From Polymyxa betae A26-41 (lineage: Eukaryota > Protista > Endomyxa: Phytomyxea), in contig RBZT01000713.1 of NCBI GenBank assembly GCA_003693705.1, positions 1 through 49,933 of the forward strand: a stretch of 49,933 nt of DNA, given 5' to 3'. The notes under the pieces are model-generated. The model worked only from the letters and a program-made list of their open reading frames with translations, was not told the DNA's origin and did no database searches. Numbering within the stretch: the first letter of the stretch is position 1; every line of letters begins with the position of its first letter. This document shows positions 47,702 through 49,933 of this stretch, one piece after another. The translations under genes and the position numbers were made by a program.

Positions 47702-48890
47702 ATGAAGATGGCGACTCTGCTGGTCGCTCTGCTGTTCGCTGCGGCGTCCGCCGACCCCGAACCTATCATTGACAACGCTCCGGTCGACCCGTCCACGGTC
47801 GACGACCAGGTCGCGGCACCCGGGCCGGCCGTACTGGCCCCACCGGACGCGAGCAATGTCGTCCGCGTTGAAACGTTACTGGAGTGTAGCATTAACCACG
47901 CCGAATACGATCTGCAGGTGGCGTCGTCGATGGCGCGGGTCACGCCGGCGTGCCGCGAATTGATCGCGAAACGTCTCGCGCAGCTGTGGCGGCTCGAACT
48001 GCGGCGCCCGTCGTCGGACCTGGACCTGGTCCGTCGGGTCGAATCGATCGTCGCGCAATCCGCACGGCATCTCGATCCCGAATCGTTCCTCGGGGCCGTC
48101 TTCGACGACGACACCGCCGCCCTGCTCCTGCGTCGTCTCGTGTTCGTCGCCGTTTATCTCCCGAACACGATCGCGAGCGTATTGGCCGTGATTGGAGGCA
48201 TTCCTTCCGTACGTCGTCCGTGCGCCCGAGGCGTTGTCCACGCAGATCGCGCGCCTCATCGAGCGGGAACGTTTCGACCTGATTCGCGCCATCATTCAAT
48301 CGGAGAGCTTTCGAACCGGAGACCGAATGTGCGTGGCCGACTCTCTCATCCATCGAATCGTTCTGGCGCTCATCGACGTCGACGACCAGCACGACCTGTT
48401 ACGCACGCTACTGCAGACGCCCTTTGAGGACGACCTGCTCGCGAAAGCGTTACCGCACGGAGTTCTGCATCGCGCCGTTCGGGTCGGCAACATCGGCGCC
48501 GCTCGCGAACTGCTCTCGCATTCGGCGGTTCGGAAGACGATCGACGCCGTCGATGCTGATGAACGTACGGCTCGTTCGTATGCGCGAGCGGGTTCGGAGA
48601 TTGCGCATCTGTTCGATGATTCGGCGCCGCCACCGGAAAAAACCGCCAGTTCGGATGCGTTGGATAATTTCCAAGATGCGCTGAATCAGATAATGAATAT
48701 GCTCGTAGAGACGCCCAACGATCTCGACCCGAATGATACCGTACGGATCGCGAAGTTGCTGGAGGAGGCCGCTGCCCGTCGCGATCACGGCCTGGACGAT
48801 AACAGGACTGCAACGATGTTAGCGCAGGCTCGGAAACGTATCGCGGAGGCGGTCGTCGAACAAAATCAGACCGAGCGGGAAGATGTCTGA
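47702..48890 (+). CDS. Secreted ankyrin-repeat protein (effector-like), frameshifted near 48190
   Basis: Signal peptide MKMATLLVALLFAAASA. The second frame (48192-48890) carries VLHRAVRVGNIGAARELL...IDAVDADERTARSYA. GC-rich and intronless. Confidence 0.7.
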
Positions 48891-49339
48891 CGAGGCTCCG
48901 CATTGATCAATCTCTCATTTCGGACAATTCGGTCTCTATTTGTTGCGACTAAACCCTAACTCGACTGAGTCTCCGTGAATTCCAGCTCTGGTCGGAATTT
49001 CGCCGTGAACAATGACGTAAAATCGTGTTTGTTTCAGATTGGAGATTCTCCCGGAATGACAATCGAGATTCGGTTTTTGATGAGACCTGCTCGGCTCCCT
49101 GCTGGTCACATTTTCAAGTTTTTAATCCTTTCAGAGAATATCTCAATATACAATGATCAAGAACTCGTCTATTACGAACTAGTTGCGATTTGATGGAATA
49201 TTTCTTACTCTCACTGACAATGAGAGTCTCAAATCCGCACTGTTTACTCCTGTCTTTATGCCTCGAACAAACCTTCTGAAACTGACTATGCCGAAACGGA
49301 TTTCCCCATCGAGATTGAAAAACCCGAAGGTCATTCTGA

Positions 49340-49620
49340 CAGCATATTCGAACACATGAAAGCACTGAGTAACATGTTCGTGATAGCCAATGACCACAGC
49401 TTTCACGTGCCAGGCTCAATTTCGGGTCGGCAATCTTGGCCCGAACTAGTTTTTGACATAAACTGGCCACCAATATCAACTTTTGTAGCGTGGTCGTCGT
49501 CGAAGATATTTCCGAGGTTTCGAGGAAACCATCAATGGGGTCTTTTGCAGCATTTTTGTTGTCCTTTGAGAATATGTTCGTAGCAATAAGAAACGCGAAT
49601 TCGTCATCATCAGGCTGCTT
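49340..49620 (-). mobile_element. Possible hAT C-terminal dimerisation-domain remnant
   Basis: DPIDGFLE...AKIADPKLSLARESC...RTCYS resembles E..RYL...LAKIA...LS.P.SS...ER.FS, with frameshifts. Confidence 0.3.
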
Positions 49621-49933
49621 TTTCTGAAATAAAGTTTCAAAGTGATATTCCGCATTCAATAGGAATAAATCTCACCAGAAAAGCACACAGAGCTGTGTAG
49701 TCTGTGATCTTCTCGACACCAAAATAAAACATTTTCGAAAATTCAGGCAGAGTGTTTAGAGCTGGCAGAGCGGGATCTTTTGGTGGAGAGCTAAATTTTA
49801 TCCTTTTTTAAGAAGGATTCGTGTCCTTCTGTTGAGCGAAACGATCGTTAGAGCTATCTCGGACCTGATTATGGGCAATTGATTCTTTGTATCCGCAAAC
49901 AAGTCCGGAACTCATTGCGAAAGTGCGTGGTTG

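Overview
Eukaryotic (protist-like) genomic window with short GT-AG introns, scattered TTAGGG/TTTAGGG/TTTTAGGG motifs and a secreted ankyrin gene. A phytomyxid/plasmodiophorid-type host is plausible but is inference only. (1) The centre holds one very large multi-exon minus-strand gene (24665-37479). Spliced by hand, it reads as myosin motor-IQ-CH-MABP-DCB/HUS-Sec7-HDS1-PH-FYVE, i.e. a myosin fused to a BIG/GBF-type ArfGEF. (2) Immediately downstream is an intron-poor, GC-richer, co-oriented cassette (about 15.9-23.7 kb). It contains a disrupted CRESS-DNA-type Rep (HUH + SF3 helicase), a disrupted tyrosine recombinase, two diverged copies of an unknown ORF, a multi-TM gene and a decayed duplicate of the myosin gene's last exons. 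(3) The rest is a TE graveyard (nested TIR elements with clear TSDs; MULE, pogo-like, PIF/Harbinger, piggyBac-like, hAT, Copia and LINE remnants), plus tRNA-Gly(GCC), a kinase pseudogene, an intronless 3-repeat Myb gene, a frameshifted secreted ankyrin gene and an inverted pair of small single-TM ORFs. All domain calls come from motif recognition by eye; no searches were run.
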